From contig OZ245046.1 in NCBI GenBank assembly GCA_965224245.1, forward strand, positions 5,152,001 to 5,216,000: a DNA stretch of 64,000 nt, read 5' to 3'. The position numbers and the translations under genes are program-made. This DNA is from Candidatus Eiseniibacteriota bacterium. Lineage in GTDB: Bacteria > Eisenbacteria > RBG-16-71-46 > CAZAMP01. The first letter of the stretch is position 1; each line of letters opens with the position of its first letter. Under the pieces are notes generated by a model. The model was not told the origin of the DNA. It saw nothing but the letters and a program-made list of their open reading frames with translations, and did not search any database. Shown one piece after another: positions 39,101-48,927 of this stretch.

Positions 39101-41446
39101 CTCGCTCGTCTCGAACACGTCGACCGTTGCCTGGAGCGAGTGGCCCCAGCCGGGATCGATCGTGCCCGCGCGCACGTTGCGGAAGACCACCGAGGCCTTC
39201 TCGCCGTCCGCCGGGGTCCGGAGCTGCGCGAGGAGGTATGCCTCGCTCAGGTCCTCGGGCGGGTACGACCCGCCGAGCGCGGTTCCGTTGTTGACGCCGT
39301 AGGGATGGCCGGCGCCGTACGGGCCGCCGTCGATGGACAGATAGGCCATGCCGCCGGCCGGACCGTCCGGAACGAGGCGCAACGAGAACGAGAACGCGCC
39401 CTCGACGGGCACCGCCTCGCCCGCGCCGCCGGTGATGAAGGCGGAGTAGTCGCCCGGGCTGGCCACGCGTCCCGAGTCGCTGACCGCGACGCGCATGAAA
39501 ACGGATTGATCGAACATGCGAGACGCGATGCCGGTGGTGACCAGCGCCGAGTCGCGCGCGGCCCGGGTGATGAGGCCGAACTCGACGACCGCGGTGTCCA
39601 CGCGCGTCGCGCTGTTGAGCAGGATCTCGCCGGTCACGTAGGCCTCGCCGGTGTCCTGAGCGTCGATGGGGTCGGTCGAGATGCGGTAGTCGTAGAGCGT
39701 CCCCAGGGCCGGGTCGACGGCGAGGACGGCGTCAGGCAGCTTGGTCATCTCGGTCAGCGCGCGCGTGGGGCCGGCCACGGTGCCGGTGATGGCGCCGGTG
39801 GTGATCAGCGCCTCGTACGCGTTCACGCGGCCGTATCCGTAGTAGATGTCGAAGCCCGGAGTGTCCTCGGCCGGATCGCCCACCTGGTCCTCGGCCGAGA
39901 AGCGCAGCACGTCCAGGACCTGCGCGTTGGTGAGCGTCGGGGCGACCGACCACACCAGCGCGGCCACGCCGGTCACGATGGGGGCGGCGAAGGACGTTCC
40001 GGAGCGGATCATGTAGTCACCGGGGTCGGTCCCGAACGAGCCCGAGATGTCGGCCACCTGGATCAGGATGCCGGGCGCCACGACGTCGAGTTCGGGTCCG
40101 AAGTTCGACGCGGCGCCGTAGACCACCTCGCACGTCTCGTCGTCGGACTGTGCGCGCGTGTCGCAGGGCGTGCTCATGCCCACCGCGACCGTCGTCGAGT
40201 AGGCCGCCGGGTACTCGATGAACGGGTCACCTCCGTTGCCGGCCGACGCGACCGTGAGGCAGCCCGCGTTGGCGGCGTTCTCGCAAGCGGTGCGGATGCC
40301 GGGATCGTCCACGTCGGCCTTCCACGAGAGGTTGATCACGACGTTGTCGAACGCACCCTTCCAGCTCGCGGAGTAGTTGATCGCGTCGGCGCGCGAGGCG
40401 AGCCCGCTGGCCGCGAAGCTGACACGCAGCGGCAGGCCGGTGCATTCCGGTGAGACTCCGGTCATCCCGAGACCGTTGTCGGCGTGGGCCAGCGGCAGGC
40501 TCGCGACCGACGTGCCGTGCCAGTCGCCGAAGAGGTTGAACGGTCCCCCCGTGGAGTCGGGATTGTCGAACGACCAGTCGTGGCCCGGCGGTCGTTCGAG
40601 GAACGCGCCCTCCAGGTCGGGGTGGGTGACCTCGCATCCCTCGTCCACGATCGCGATCAGCACGAGCGAGTCGCCGCGCGTCATCTCCCAGGCCGGCAGG
40701 TACTCGATGTCGGCGCCGACGGTGCCGCCGAACTGGCCGGTGTTCTCGAGCGCCCACTGGTCGGGGAACAGCGGATCGTCGGGGGCGACGAGCCGATCAT
40801 CCTCGCTGCCGAGGACGTCGGGACACGCGAAGTCGACGTCGTCGCGATCGTTGAAGCGAGAGACCGCGCCGAACACGTCCATCGTGGCGGGCAAGCCGAC
40901 CCGGTAGTACCCGGGGGTCCAGAAGTCGTGAAGGACGGCGCATCCGAGGGCGGCGAGGCGCGTGCGTGCGTCGGCATCCGAGACCGACCGATCGAACTGC
41001 ACGATGATCTGACCGGGTGCGGCATGCACGGTCTTGCCGCGATCGGTGACCAGGGCCACGTGAACGCGCGTCGACCGCCCGGCGTCCCGCGACGCCGCAC
41101 CGCGAATGCCGGAGGCGACGTCGGACGCGCCGCGGCGCTCGGTCGGGCTCGCGTTCGTGCGGTAGGCGCCGAGCCGCATGCCTTCCACGTACGGACGGAC
41201 CGGGGTCAGGCCCCACGTCTCGGCGAACGCGGCCCGGTCGGCGTCGGTCCACTCGCCGTCGAAGCGCACGACGATCTCGTCGGAGGAGGGGGCGAAGCGG
41301 TGCTCGATCCGGAACCGGGCATCGGTGTACGTCAACGCGCGCTCGGCGGTGACGGCGGCGACCACGCCGGTGACGACGCCGGCGATCGCGCCCACGCAGA
41401 GGATCGTTCGAAAGGTGTTGCCGAGGGACGCGCGAGCGTTTCGCAT
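36146..41446 (-). CDS. Large secreted S8 subtilase with three internal ~190-aa repeats and a FlgD-Ig C-terminal domain
   Basis: Catalytic triad IVDEG / WHGT / SGTSFAAP, plus VINLSW, GYGRVNA. Late 'GWYVDDV' domain and C-terminal PNPFNPST...WDGRD. Start codon uncertain. Confidence 0.9.
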   Translation of the reverse strand: MRNARASLGNTFRTILCVGAIAGVVTGVVAAVTAERALTYTDARFRIEHRFAPSSDEIVVRFDGEWTDADRAAFAETWGLTPVRPYVEGMRLGAYRTNASPTERRGASDVASGIRGAASRDAGRSTRVHVALVTDRGKTVHAAPGQIIVQFDRSVSDADARTRLAALGCAVLHDFWTPGYYRVGLPATMDVFGAVSRFNDRDDVDFACPDVLGSEDDRLVAPDDPLFPDQWALENTGQFGGTVGADIEYLPAWEMTRGDSLVLIAIVDEGCEVTHPDLEGAFLERPPGHDWSFDNPDSTGGPFNLFGDWHGTSVASLPLAHADNGLGMTGVSPECTGLPLRVSFAASGLASRADAINYSASWKGAFDNVVINLSWKADVDDPGIRTACENAANAGCLTVASAGNGGDPFIEYPAAYSTTVAVGMSTPCDTRAQSDDETCEVVYGAASNFGPELDVVAPGILIQVADISGSFGTDPGDYMIRSGTSFAAPIVTGVAALVWSVAPTLTNAQVLDVLRFSAEDQVGDPAEDTPGFDIYYGYGRVNAYEALITTGAITGTVAGPTRALTEMTKLPDAVLAVDPALGTLYDYRISTDPIDAQDTGEAYVTGEILLNSATRVDTAVVEFGLITRAARDSALVTTGIASRMFDQSVFMRVAVSDSGRVASPGDYSAFITGGAGEAVPVEGAFSFSLRLVPDGPAGGMAYLSIDGGPYGAGHPYGVNNGTALGGSYPPEDLSEAYLLAQLRTPADGEKASVVFRNVRAGTIDPGWGHSLQATVDVFETSETFLADGNGDLSIPIQAYEPRTLIVSAPQCFPDTLHVSVDYEETLPVTFALEQRPRAVISGRVRAVSAAVSLPDSTLSVDPDGGSAYDYVIGDVPFDAQSPDTVYVRGNVTLHDVADLDSTVVEFGLITEAQRDSALVITGTPSDMFDQAVFVRYALTDTGRVAAPGDFDAALPGGVGVGQPASPTFTFDLRLIPAPGGGGTAALAIDGGAYGDPITYGVDNGTALGGSFPVEDLTSSFLVAQLRGVGGAGGSVTFRNVRAEAVRPGYGEGLPARIQTLGALATTLADADGYYSLEVPGLLELTISYERDGFPTEFANVDLAHRDTLYQPMGLIKLPQATLAGRLRSVTGVVTLLNDTLVVDPDGTVHDHRLASVPVDAQAADTVYVSGTVDLFDVSDVDSTVVEFGLVSAAQRDSALIITGDPSDLFDQAVFVRYALSDTGHVAAAGDFDAAIAGALGPALLAPPTFSFDLRLVPSDTTGGMVSLSVNGGPYGAAIAYGTDNGTALGGSFPAEDLTEAYLIAQARSTGGVGGQIGFRNLRVEVVDAADAGPLVGRVIDLNSGLEVMSDADGSYELFISAGTVHQIAYDVAGDIPDTLDVVIATDEMLYQPVGLRALPLGAVAGTITTFGSPTSGIDVRLTSIAVEDTTNTEGAYLLGSVPVATYDVRVAGAGFGPRHVRGVGVLSDSTLTIDLELLAGFDDDFEFGQGAWTHEAGDVDRLDEWHMSGARNATAEGDSSFKCGGFGTGPYSPLNYSILRMPPVVVQPDQYLVFQHFIDAANGLDSEATHGGRVEVSTDDGQSWSILNPVGGYPYSTPADYTGPLGAGTGLFSGSHDFEPVRFALAAFLDDTLHCRFVFAADETLTPGEGWYVDDVRVGDDFIVGVDTSAPTVSARPQLLPNAPNPFNPSTRIGFVVPRTMHVRLSVFDVSGRLVIRLVDETVLAGKRMVVWDGRDRSGDAAASGMYYYELHTEHERLTRSMLLLK
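37475..39739 (-). repeat. Three tandem intragenic repeats (~850-nt period) in the S8 protease
   Basis: Units at ~39739-39165, ~38890-38318 and ~38042-37475 share P.DAQ..., VVEFGL, RDSAL.(T/I)TG, FDQ.VF, NGTALGGS(Y/F)P.EDL and FRN(V/L)R. Confidence 0.9.
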
Positions 41447-41828
41447 CTGGGGCCGTGGCCTCCTCCGGACGTCACGCAGTGCTGCCGGCGCGCCGAAGCA
41501 CGCCGAACATCGGTGCAAACCCAGTCATGTGCTCGGTAGAGGAGCGGTGGACCGGTCGGGCGGGCGCGCCACGTCCACTATGCCTCTGAGGGACCACCGA
41601 ACGAGCGAGCGACCAGACGATGACCTGCTCAACGTTGCGAATGATATCACGAGCGGCGATCGGGACTCAAACGCGCCCGGGTTTCCAAGTCGTTCCCCGG
41701 CAACGAATTGGCCGAGCCGAGCCGAAGCCCGTTCTCATCCCGGGGACGGCAAGGCCCGGATCGACCGCGTTTACGCCGCTCGCCCCGACCCGTAAGATCG
41801 GCCGGACGCCGCGCCCGAGGGAGATTCC

Positions 41829-43010
41829 GTGTCGTACAAGCACCTGTTCAAACGGTTCATCGAGGCCGATCCCGAGCGCCGGCACTTCGCGGCTCACAGC
41901 CACCACCTGTGGCCCGACGTGACGTTCGACGCCCAGTCGCGCTGCTGGAACGACGCCGCCCGGCTGGCCGATCACAAGTGGTCGCACGTGTTCGGGCAGG
42001 TGCTGGCCAGCGCCCAGCGCAACATCGCGTTCGCGCTCGGGCTACGCGATCCGAGGACGCTCGCGTTCGCACCCAACACGCACGAGTTCATCGTGCGGCT
42101 GCTCTCGTGCTTTCCGGGTCGCCGCCCGATCCACGTGGTGACCACCGGCAGCGAGTTCCACAGCTTTCGCCGCCAGAGCGAGCGGATGATCGAGGTCGGC
42201 GAGCTCGCGGTGACCGCGGTGCCCACCGAGCCGTTCGACACGTTCTCGAAGCGACTCCTGGCAACCGTTCGCGATCAGCGCGAGCTCGACCTCGTGTTCC
42301 TGAGCCAGGTCTTCTTCGACTCGGGGTTCGTCGTGCCTGACCTCGACCACGTGGTGAAGGCGATCCCCGACGAGGTGATGATCGTCATCGACGGCTACCA
42401 CGGGTGGATGGCGCTGCCCACCGATCTGTCGGCGATCGCGGACCGCGCGTTCTACATGTCGGGCTCGTACAAGTACGCGATGGCCGGCGAGGGGATGACG
42501 TTCCTGCACTGCCCGCCCGGCCACGGCAAGCACCCGGTGAACACGGGCTGGTTCGCCACGTTCGACACGCTCACCACCGAGTCTCCCGGAGGGAGCACGC
42601 GCTATCCCGAATCGGGGGCGCGGTTCCTGGGGGCGACGTTCGAGCCCGTCGGCGCGTATCGACTGAACGCCGTGTTCGAGATGCTCGACGCGAACGGGCT
42701 CACCATCGCGGGGATCCACGCGCACGTGCGGCGACTCCAGACGCGCTTCCTGGATGCGCTCGAGCAAGGAGGTGGCGGCGGACGGCGGTGTCCGATCGGA
42801 CGCGACACGCTGGTGCTGCCGGACACCGCCCCCGATCGGGGCAACTTCCTGGCGTTTCGTCTGTCCGATGCCGGGGAGTGGCACGATCGCCTCGCCGACC
42901 GCGGTGTCGTCACGGACTACCGGCGCGACCGGCTGCGCATCGGGTTCGGGATCTACCACGACGACGCCGACGTCGACGATCTGGCGGCGCTCATCCGATC
43001 GATGAGCTGA
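41829..43010 (+). CDS. PLP-dependent class V aminotransferase (kynureninase-like)
   Basis: HFAAHSHHLWP, EFHS, SQVFFDSG, IDGYH, GSYKYAMAGEG, NTGWFA, RIGFGIYH. Confidence 0.8.
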   Translation: MSYKHLFKRFIEADPERRHFAAHSHHLWPDVTFDAQSRCWNDAARLADHKWSHVFGQVLASAQRNIAFALGLRDPRTLAFAPNTHEFIVRLLSCFPGRRPIHVVTTGSEFHSFRRQSERMIEVGELAVTAVPTEPFDTFSKRLLATVRDQRELDLVFLSQVFFDSGFVVPDLDHVVKAIPDEVMIVIDGYHGWMALPTDLSAIADRAFYMSGSYKYAMAGEGMTFLHCPPGHGKHPVNTGWFATFDTLTTESPGGSTRYPESGARFLGATFEPVGAYRLNAVFEMLDANGLTIAGIHAHVRRLQTRFLDALEQGGGGGRRCPIGRDTLVLPDTAPDRGNFLAFRLSDAGEWHDRLADRGVVTDYRRDRLRIGFGIYHDDADVDDLAALIRSMS

Positions 43011-43172
43011 CGCCGGCGGTCGCGCCATCCCCGAGGGCACAACGAGTCGGTACGGGGGCCCGGGGACAATCGCTTCCTCCGTCACGCTCTCTCGATCGGG
43101 TATCATCAGGTCTTCCCCAGAGCTCGAGCCGACGCGCGCCCGGTACGCGCACATGACCGGAGGAGGCTCGAC

Positions 43173-46100
43173 ATGCTCCCTCGACGCACGACGCTCCGAT
43201 GCGTGGCGACGATCACGTGGGTTGCCTCGCTCTCCGCGGCCGACTTCGCGAACGCGGCCGGTCCGCTGGAGAAGTGCGTCGAGCCGCTGACCTCCGACGC
43301 TCGCTCGGAGCAATACGATCCGCCACCCGCCGGCGTGGTGCGCAGCGGGCGCCCCGGCGGCATGAGCGGTCTCGACACGGTCCGGTTCGGTGGACGCGAC
43401 GCCAGTGGTCTGGCGATCGAGGGCGGCGTGTGGGACTTCGAGGACGGCACGCTGCAGGGATGGTGGTCCGAGGACCTGACCGTCGTCGTGCAGGCGGACC
43501 CACCGGGCGATCCGTCGGTGGGCTCCCCCGGGAACACGTACTTCCGCCGTGTCACCGCGGCCGATTTCTCCGGCGCCACGACCATCCCCGTGATGAACGG
43601 CGTAGGCTCACTGTGGGCCGGCGCCAACGACGAGGAGGCCGCAGCGGGCTGCTGGCCGGGCGGTCTCGGCTACGACAACGGCTGGATCGTCGACGCGCGG
43701 AAGACGTTCGTCTACGGCGGCAGCGGTGCGGTCACGATCCAGTTCGACTACTTCACGGACTCCGAGACGCAGTTCGACTACACGTACGTCTACGTCGAGA
43801 CCGACGGCGTGCGCTCGACGCCGCTCAACACGTCGGCGTGGGCGACCGATGAGGGCTGGGGATACTCCGGGGCGACCCTCGAAGGCAGCGCGATCGGAGC
43901 GCCGTCCACTCCGGCTCACGACACGATCGTGATCGATCCGTCGTTTCTGCCCGACGCGTCCGGCGAGGCATTCTGGGTCGTGTTCGAGTTCGACTCCGAC
44001 GTTCTCTACTCCGACGGTCTGGACTCGTTCTTCGGGTACCTGAACTCGCTCTGGGGCCCGTTTGGCATGGACGACTTCAGGATCGAGGGCGTCGGGCTGT
44101 CGGACACCGACACCTTCGAGGTCGACGAGGAGGGCTGGACGTTCGAGTCGGCCGACCCGATCGGCTCGTTTCTCCAGGCGGTCGAGCTGGTGTCGTTGGA
44201 TCCGATCGACGACGGTTGCAGGTGTCCGATCACGCTGGATCCCGAGAACGACCACGTGATCATCGCGGCGGACCACGATGGCTCGATCGCCGGCGGGTAT
44301 CCGCACCCGAAGCGCCAGCACGAGTGGCTCCGATCGAACCCGGTGGTCATCATCGATGGGTCGAACGACGACGGAGAGCAGGTCCACGTCGTCTGGAACG
44401 TGTGGGAGGATATGCCGACGTCGAACGGTGTCGGGTACCGCGTCGCCGTCGACTACTACCCGTGGACGTGTCCGGAGACGGACATCGTCAGCTGGACGCT
44501 GGAGCCGGTCGGCGACCCCGGGTTCATCTGGTCGGGGCTCGGTGGGCCACGCTGTAGCACGCTCCGCGTCAACAACACGGAGTTCATGGCCGAGGCCATC
44601 GCCGGCGGTATCGACTCGCTCCGGATCGTCTTCGAGCTCCTCGGCGACTGCGACGACTTCGGCACCACGAGCTGCACCGGCCCGGAACGGACGAACGCCT
44701 CCCCTTACTGGGACGACGTGCGCCTCGAGCTCGTGACCGACGTCGATGCCCCATGGCTGGCCACCGAGCTCCTGTTCAACGACGTCTTCCCCGACCTCAA
44801 CTCGCTGCTCCCATCGGCCACCGCGAGCGTGAAGTCGTTCTACGACAACAACCGCGCGGACCTCGACCGGACCAACGCGGACATGGGCGACTCGGCCGTC
44901 GTGATCTGCGAGACAGGAGCCGACGTCTACCTGAACTACCGGCTGTACCTGGGGCCGGCGATGTCGGCGTCCGACGTCGGCGCCTTCCTCCTCGAATCGC
45001 GCGCCGGACCGCACGGCGTGGCCGGGGCGGCGGGCTCGATCGGCGACGCGGTTGGTGATCAGGGAAACGGTGAGGATGGACGAGGGCGCTTCGCCTCGTG
45101 TCGCTTGGTCGAGCTCGATCCCGACTCGCGCCCGGGGGAGTTCGCCACCTACTCGGCAGCGAGCGGGAGCAAGATCCTGCCCGACGACGTCCTGACCCCG
45201 GGCGCGACCGTCGAGTACTTCTTCTCGGTGTTCGGACCCACCGGTGAGGTGCGCACCCATCCCGACACGTCGAACGGCGACGACGATTCGTCCACGTTCT
45301 TCTTCCTGGAACTCGAGGTGCTGCCGGGGATGCTCGACGCCGGCGGCGGTGACATCGTGTCGTCGCGCGTACTCTACGTCGATGCGTACAACGCCGGCGC
45401 GCAGCAGCCGATCGAGAACGAGGGGCTTCGCCCCACGCTGGGGGTCGAGATCGACGTCGACGGCATCGCGCACGACCGCTGGGACCGTTACGACTATCTC
45501 GTCGCGTCGTCGACCGTGCCCGCGCCGCTCGCGCGCGAGGCCGCCGGCGACAACGGCATGACGAAGTACCAGTCGCTCGTCTACCGGACGATCCTCTACA
45601 ACACGGGCACGTTCGCCCAGGAGGGCCTTCGCGACGGCGACGCCGAGCTCCTGCTGTACTGGCTCACGACGGTCAGGCCGGACGGATCGGAGTTCAGACG
45701 CGGTCTCTGGCTCAGCGGCAACGGGATCGCGTCGATCCTGAGCCGGACCGGGCGGGCCGACAACAACGCGCTGCTGAGTCAGTACGTGCAGGCGTCGCTG
45801 GTCGGAACTTCGTACCGCTACGAGGCCGGGGATCCGTCGCTCTGCGTGCGACTCGATGCCGACCCCGGGAGCGACGTCAGCGCGCCAGGGAGCTATGCAT
45901 CGGTCCGGGAAAACGGATGCCCACTGGAGTACGACTTCGACGTCCTCGGGGTCACCGGAGACGGCGCAGGCGATCTCGTCTACGTGGATCAGGACGCGGG
46001 CGAGGGCGCGACACCGTTCGCATCCGTGTCGAGCGATCAATCGCCGACCTCGACCGGTCGTCGCGTCGTCCTCGACGCGTTCTCGCTCCACTACCTGCGG

Positions 46101-46583
46101 GCGACCCCCGACGGATGGCTCGGTGACGGGGAGTACGCGTCGCACCCGGGAGACGGCGTGCCCTGTGCGGACTACGCGATCCTGGAGAGGGTTGCCGACG
46201 TGTTCGACTTCCTCGAGGCGCCGACGGCGGCGACCGCCCTCGCGCCGGTCGCTCCGCTGATCATCGGGATCGACGACGGTGTCGCTCACGGTCCGCCGGC
46301 GCCGCGCACCGCGCTCTACGCGAGCAGCCCGAACCCGTTCAGCCCGACGACGAGCGTCCGCTACCGGATCGGCCGCGAGCTGGACGTGCGGCTTCGTGTC
46401 CACGACGTCGCCGGACGCCTCGTGCGGACGCTGGTTCACGAGGTGCAGGTGCCCGGCACGTACCAGGTGCAGTGGGACGGCACGGCCGAGTCCGGGGAGA
46501 ACGCCTCGGGTGGCGTCTACTGGGCGCGGCTGACCACGTCGGACGGCTTCTCCGCGTCGACGAAGCTCGTCGTCCTACGGTGA
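43173..46583 (+). CDS. Large secreted acidic protein of unknown function with a FlgD-Ig C-terminal domain
   Basis: Signal peptide, DSETQFDYTYV, Cys pairs, C-terminal PNPFSPTT...HDVAGRLVR...WDG...GVYW. Confidence 0.8.
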   Translation: MLPRRTTLRCVATITWVASLSAADFANAAGPLEKCVEPLTSDARSEQYDPPPAGVVRSGRPGGMSGLDTVRFGGRDASGLAIEGGVWDFEDGTLQGWWSEDLTVVVQADPPGDPSVGSPGNTYFRRVTAADFSGATTIPVMNGVGSLWAGANDEEAAAGCWPGGLGYDNGWIVDARKTFVYGGSGAVTIQFDYFTDSETQFDYTYVYVETDGVRSTPLNTSAWATDEGWGYSGATLEGSAIGAPSTPAHDTIVIDPSFLPDASGEAFWVVFEFDSDVLYSDGLDSFFGYLNSLWGPFGMDDFRIEGVGLSDTDTFEVDEEGWTFESADPIGSFLQAVELVSLDPIDDGCRCPITLDPENDHVIIAADHDGSIAGGYPHPKRQHEWLRSNPVVIIDGSNDDGEQVHVVWNVWEDMPTSNGVGYRVAVDYYPWTCPETDIVSWTLEPVGDPGFIWSGLGGPRCSTLRVNNTEFMAEAIAGGIDSLRIVFELLGDCDDFGTTSCTGPERTNASPYWDDVRLELVTDVDAPWLATELLFNDVFPDLNSLLPSATASVKSFYDNNRADLDRTNADMGDSAVVICETGADVYLNYRLYLGPAMSASDVGAFLLESRAGPHGVAGAAGSIGDAVGDQGNGEDGRGRFASCRLVELDPDSRPGEFATYSAASGSKILPDDVLTPGATVEYFFSVFGPTGEVRTHPDTSNGDDDSSTFFFLELEVLPGMLDAGGGDIVSSRVLYVDAYNAGAQQPIENEGLRPTLGVEIDVDGIAHDRWDRYDYLVASSTVPAPLAREAAGDNGMTKYQSLVYRTILYNTGTFAQEGLRDGDAELLLYWLTTVRPDGSEFRRGLWLSGNGIASILSRTGRADNNALLSQYVQASLVGTSYRYEAGDPSLCVRLDADPGSDVSAPGSYASVRENGCPLEYDFDVLGVTGDGAGDLVYVDQDAGEGATPFASVSSDQSPTSTGRRVVLDAFSLHYLRATPDGWLGDGEYASHPGDGVPCADYAILERVADVFDFLEAPTAATALAPVAPLIIGIDDGVAHGPPAPRTALYASSPNPFSPTTSVRYRIGRELDVRLRVHDVAGRLVRTLVHEVQVPGTYQVQWDGTAESGENASGGVYWARLTTSDGFSASTKLVVLR

Positions 46584-47558
46584 CGGCCACAGCATGGCGG
46601 CTCCGCGGACCCCGCTGGAGTCGCCGTGCGCGTTCCGGACGATCGGCGTGACGAACGTGTCCGAGAACACGTGCCGGGCCACCGCGCGGACGCCCTCGCC
46701 GTAGAGGGCGTCGATGGCCGAGAGCCCGCCGCCGAGGACGATGCAGTCGGGGTCGAGCACGTCCACGACGCCGGCGAGGCTCCGGCCGAACCGGTCGAGG
46801 TAGGCTCGCATCGCCTCGCCGGCGGCATCGTCGTTCGCAGCGCGGCCCGCGTCGCCTGTGTCGCCCACGGCGCGACCGCCTGCGTCGCCCGGGGTGCCTG
46901 CGGCGCGGTCGCGCGCGGCGTCGGTGGCGATGTCGGTTGCGCGGCGTCCCGGGGCGCCACCGCGCGCCTCGTAGTCCCGTTCGAGCCCCGGTCCGGACAG
47001 GAACGTCTCCACGCACCCGCGATCCCCGCAGTAGCAGGGCGGTCCCTCCGGATCGATCGACGTGTGACCCCACTCGCCGGCGATGCCGTTCGGGCCCTCG
47101 TGCGGCACGCCGTCGATCACGACGCCGCCCCCGACGCCGGTGCCGAGGATGACGCCGAACACGATGCGATGGCCCCGCGCCGCGCCGTCGATCGCCTCGG
47201 AGACGGCGAAGCAGTTCGCGTCGTTGGCCATGCGGACTTCTCGACCCAGGGTTCGGACGAGATCGTCGAGAAGCCGTCGGCCGTTCAGGGACGTGGTGTT
47301 GCAGTTCTTCATGGTCCCGCTGGCGCGAGAGAGAGATCCCGGGGTGGCGATCCCGATCGTGCAGTCGTCGCCGGCATCGGTGCGGACGCGATCGATGACC
47401 TCGGCGATCGCGGCCAGGATCTCGTCGTAGTCGTGGGACGGCGGCGTGGGGATGCGATGCCGGGCGACGATCACCGCCCGGGCGTCCATGCGAACGGCCT
47501 CGATCTTCGTCCCGCCGAGGTCCACGCCGATGCGCCAGGTCGGTCTCGTCACGATCAC
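46575..47558 (-). CDS. ROK family sugar kinase
   Basis: GVDLGGTKIE, ANDANCFA.SEA, ILGTGVGGG, AGEWGH, CYCGDRGCVE, VLGGGLS, GDSSGVRGAA. GTG start overlaps the stop of the HAD gene. Confidence 0.92.
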   Translation of the reverse strand: MIVTRPTWRIGVDLGGTKIEAVRMDARAVIVARHRIPTPPSHDYDEILAAIAEVIDRVRTDAGDDCTIGIATPGSLSRASGTMKNCNTTSLNGRRLLDDLVRTLGREVRMANDANCFAVSEAIDGAARGHRIVFGVILGTGVGGGVVIDGVPHEGPNGIAGEWGHTSIDPEGPPCYCGDRGCVETFLSGPGLERDYEARGGAPGRRATDIATDAARDRAAGTPGDAGGRAVGDTGDAGRAANDDAAGEAMRAYLDRFGRSLAGVVDVLDPDCIVLGGGLSAIDALYGEGVRAVARHVFSDTFVTPIVRNAHGDSSGVRGAAMLWPSP

Positions 47559-48226
47559 TCTCCGTCGGGGACGAGGTTGATGTGGGGATCGAGATCGTCC
47601 GAGATCGCGTCGGCGTTGCCGGCCTCGAACGCACGGAATCCGAACGCGCTGGCGGCGTACACGCACTCGACGTCGTCGTCCACGTAGCCGATCTCGTCGG
47701 GCGGCACCTCGAGGCGATCCATGACGGCATCGAACGCGGCCTCGTCGGGCTTGACGGCGCCGATCTGACACGAGAAGAGCACGTGATCGAACAGCGCCAG
47801 CACGCCGGCGTATCGATCCCGCCAGACGGCGGCGTGAACGGGCGTCGCGTTGGTCAGCGCGACCAGGCGCACCGACGTCGCGAGCCGTTCCAGGAGCTCC
47901 ACGATACCCGGGTACGGATCGCCGGACGCGGCGGCGACGGCCGCGGCCAGCGTATCCGGCGAGACCGGCGCGAGTCCCTCGGCCGCCGGCTCGATCCCGA
48001 CCCTGGACCCGATCTCGGTCTCGAGCTCGGCCGGGAGCTCGGAGGTGTCGAGGCGCCCGTCGCGGGCGCGCGCGATCGCGTCCGATGCGGCCAGGATCGC
48101 TCGCACCCGGTCCGCCGCGAGCCCGAGCGACCCGGCCAGCGAATGCGCGAGCACGTCGGCGTCGAATGGGAAGACGACATCGTCGAGATCGAAGACAATC
48201 GCGTCCAGCGGGTTGTAGGATTGCAT
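47555..48226 (-). CDS. HAD-superfamily phosphatase
   Basis: IVFDLDDVV (motif I), LTN, VKPD, YVDD. Confidence 0.85.
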   Translation of the reverse strand: MQSYNPLDAIVFDLDDVVFPFDADVLAHSLAGSLGLAADRVRAILAASDAIARARDGRLDTSELPAELETEIGSRVGIEPAAEGLAPVSPDTLAAAVAAASGDPYPGIVELLERLATSVRLVALTNATPVHAAVWRDRYAGVLALFDHVLFSCQIGAVKPDEAAFDAVMDRLEVPPDEIGYVDDDVECVYAASAFGFRAFEAGNADAISDDLDPHINLVPDGE

Positions 48227-48363
48227 GAGCGCGGAGCCCGCTCCGTTCGGTTCCGAGACGCGCCGGGGAGGGCGCCTCGCTCCAGAGCCAGACACGTTCC
48301 GGGTTTCGATTGCGGATCCTAGCACCTCGGGTCCGCGCGGCAACGCCGCGGAGAGGGTTCTGC

Positions 48364-48885
48364 ATGCCGGCACCTCGCGTTCGCGAGATGACGCCCGCCG
48401 ACTGGCCCGACGTCGTGCGCGCCTACCTCGACGGCATCGCGACCGGGCACGCCACGTTCGCGACGAAGGCGCCCGAATGGTCCGAGTGGGACGCGGCGCG
48501 CCACCGCCACTCCCGCCTCGTGGCCGTCGACGTGGACCCCGACGCACCCGACCGCGCGGTCGGCTTCGCCGCGCTGTCGCCGACGTCGCGGCGCAAGGTC
48601 TACGCCGGCGTCGCGGAGGTGATGATCTACGTCGGCGCCGCGTGGCGTGGACGCGGGATCGGGGCCGCCCTGATGGCCGCCCTGATCACGTCCTCGGAGG
48701 CCGCCGGCATCTGGACGCTCCAGGCCGGCGTGTTCCCGGAGAACACGGCGAGCATCGCGCTGCACGAGCGCTTCGGGTTCCGGGTCCTCGGCCGGCAGGA
48801 GCGCGTCGGGTGCATGGACGGGTGGTGGCGGGACGTCGTGTTGTTCGAGCGCCGCAGCGCGGTGGTGGGGGGGGATCCGTTCTGA
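48364..48885 (+). CDS. GNAT acetyltransferase (phosphinothricin acetyltransferase-like)
   Basis: GIATGHATF, VYAGVAEV.IYV, RGRGIG, TLQAGVFPENTASIALHERFGFR, WRDV. Confidence 0.9.
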   Translation: MPAPRVREMTPADWPDVVRAYLDGIATGHATFATKAPEWSEWDAARHRHSRLVAVDVDPDAPDRAVGFAALSPTSRRKVYAGVAEVMIYVGAAWRGRGIGAALMAALITSSEAAGIWTLQAGVFPENTASIALHERFGFRVLGRQERVGCMDGWWRDVVLFERRSAVVGGDPF

Positions 48886-48927
48886 TTCGCCGACGTTCTT
48901 GTCGTGTTTCTCGGGGCTCGTTCCGCA

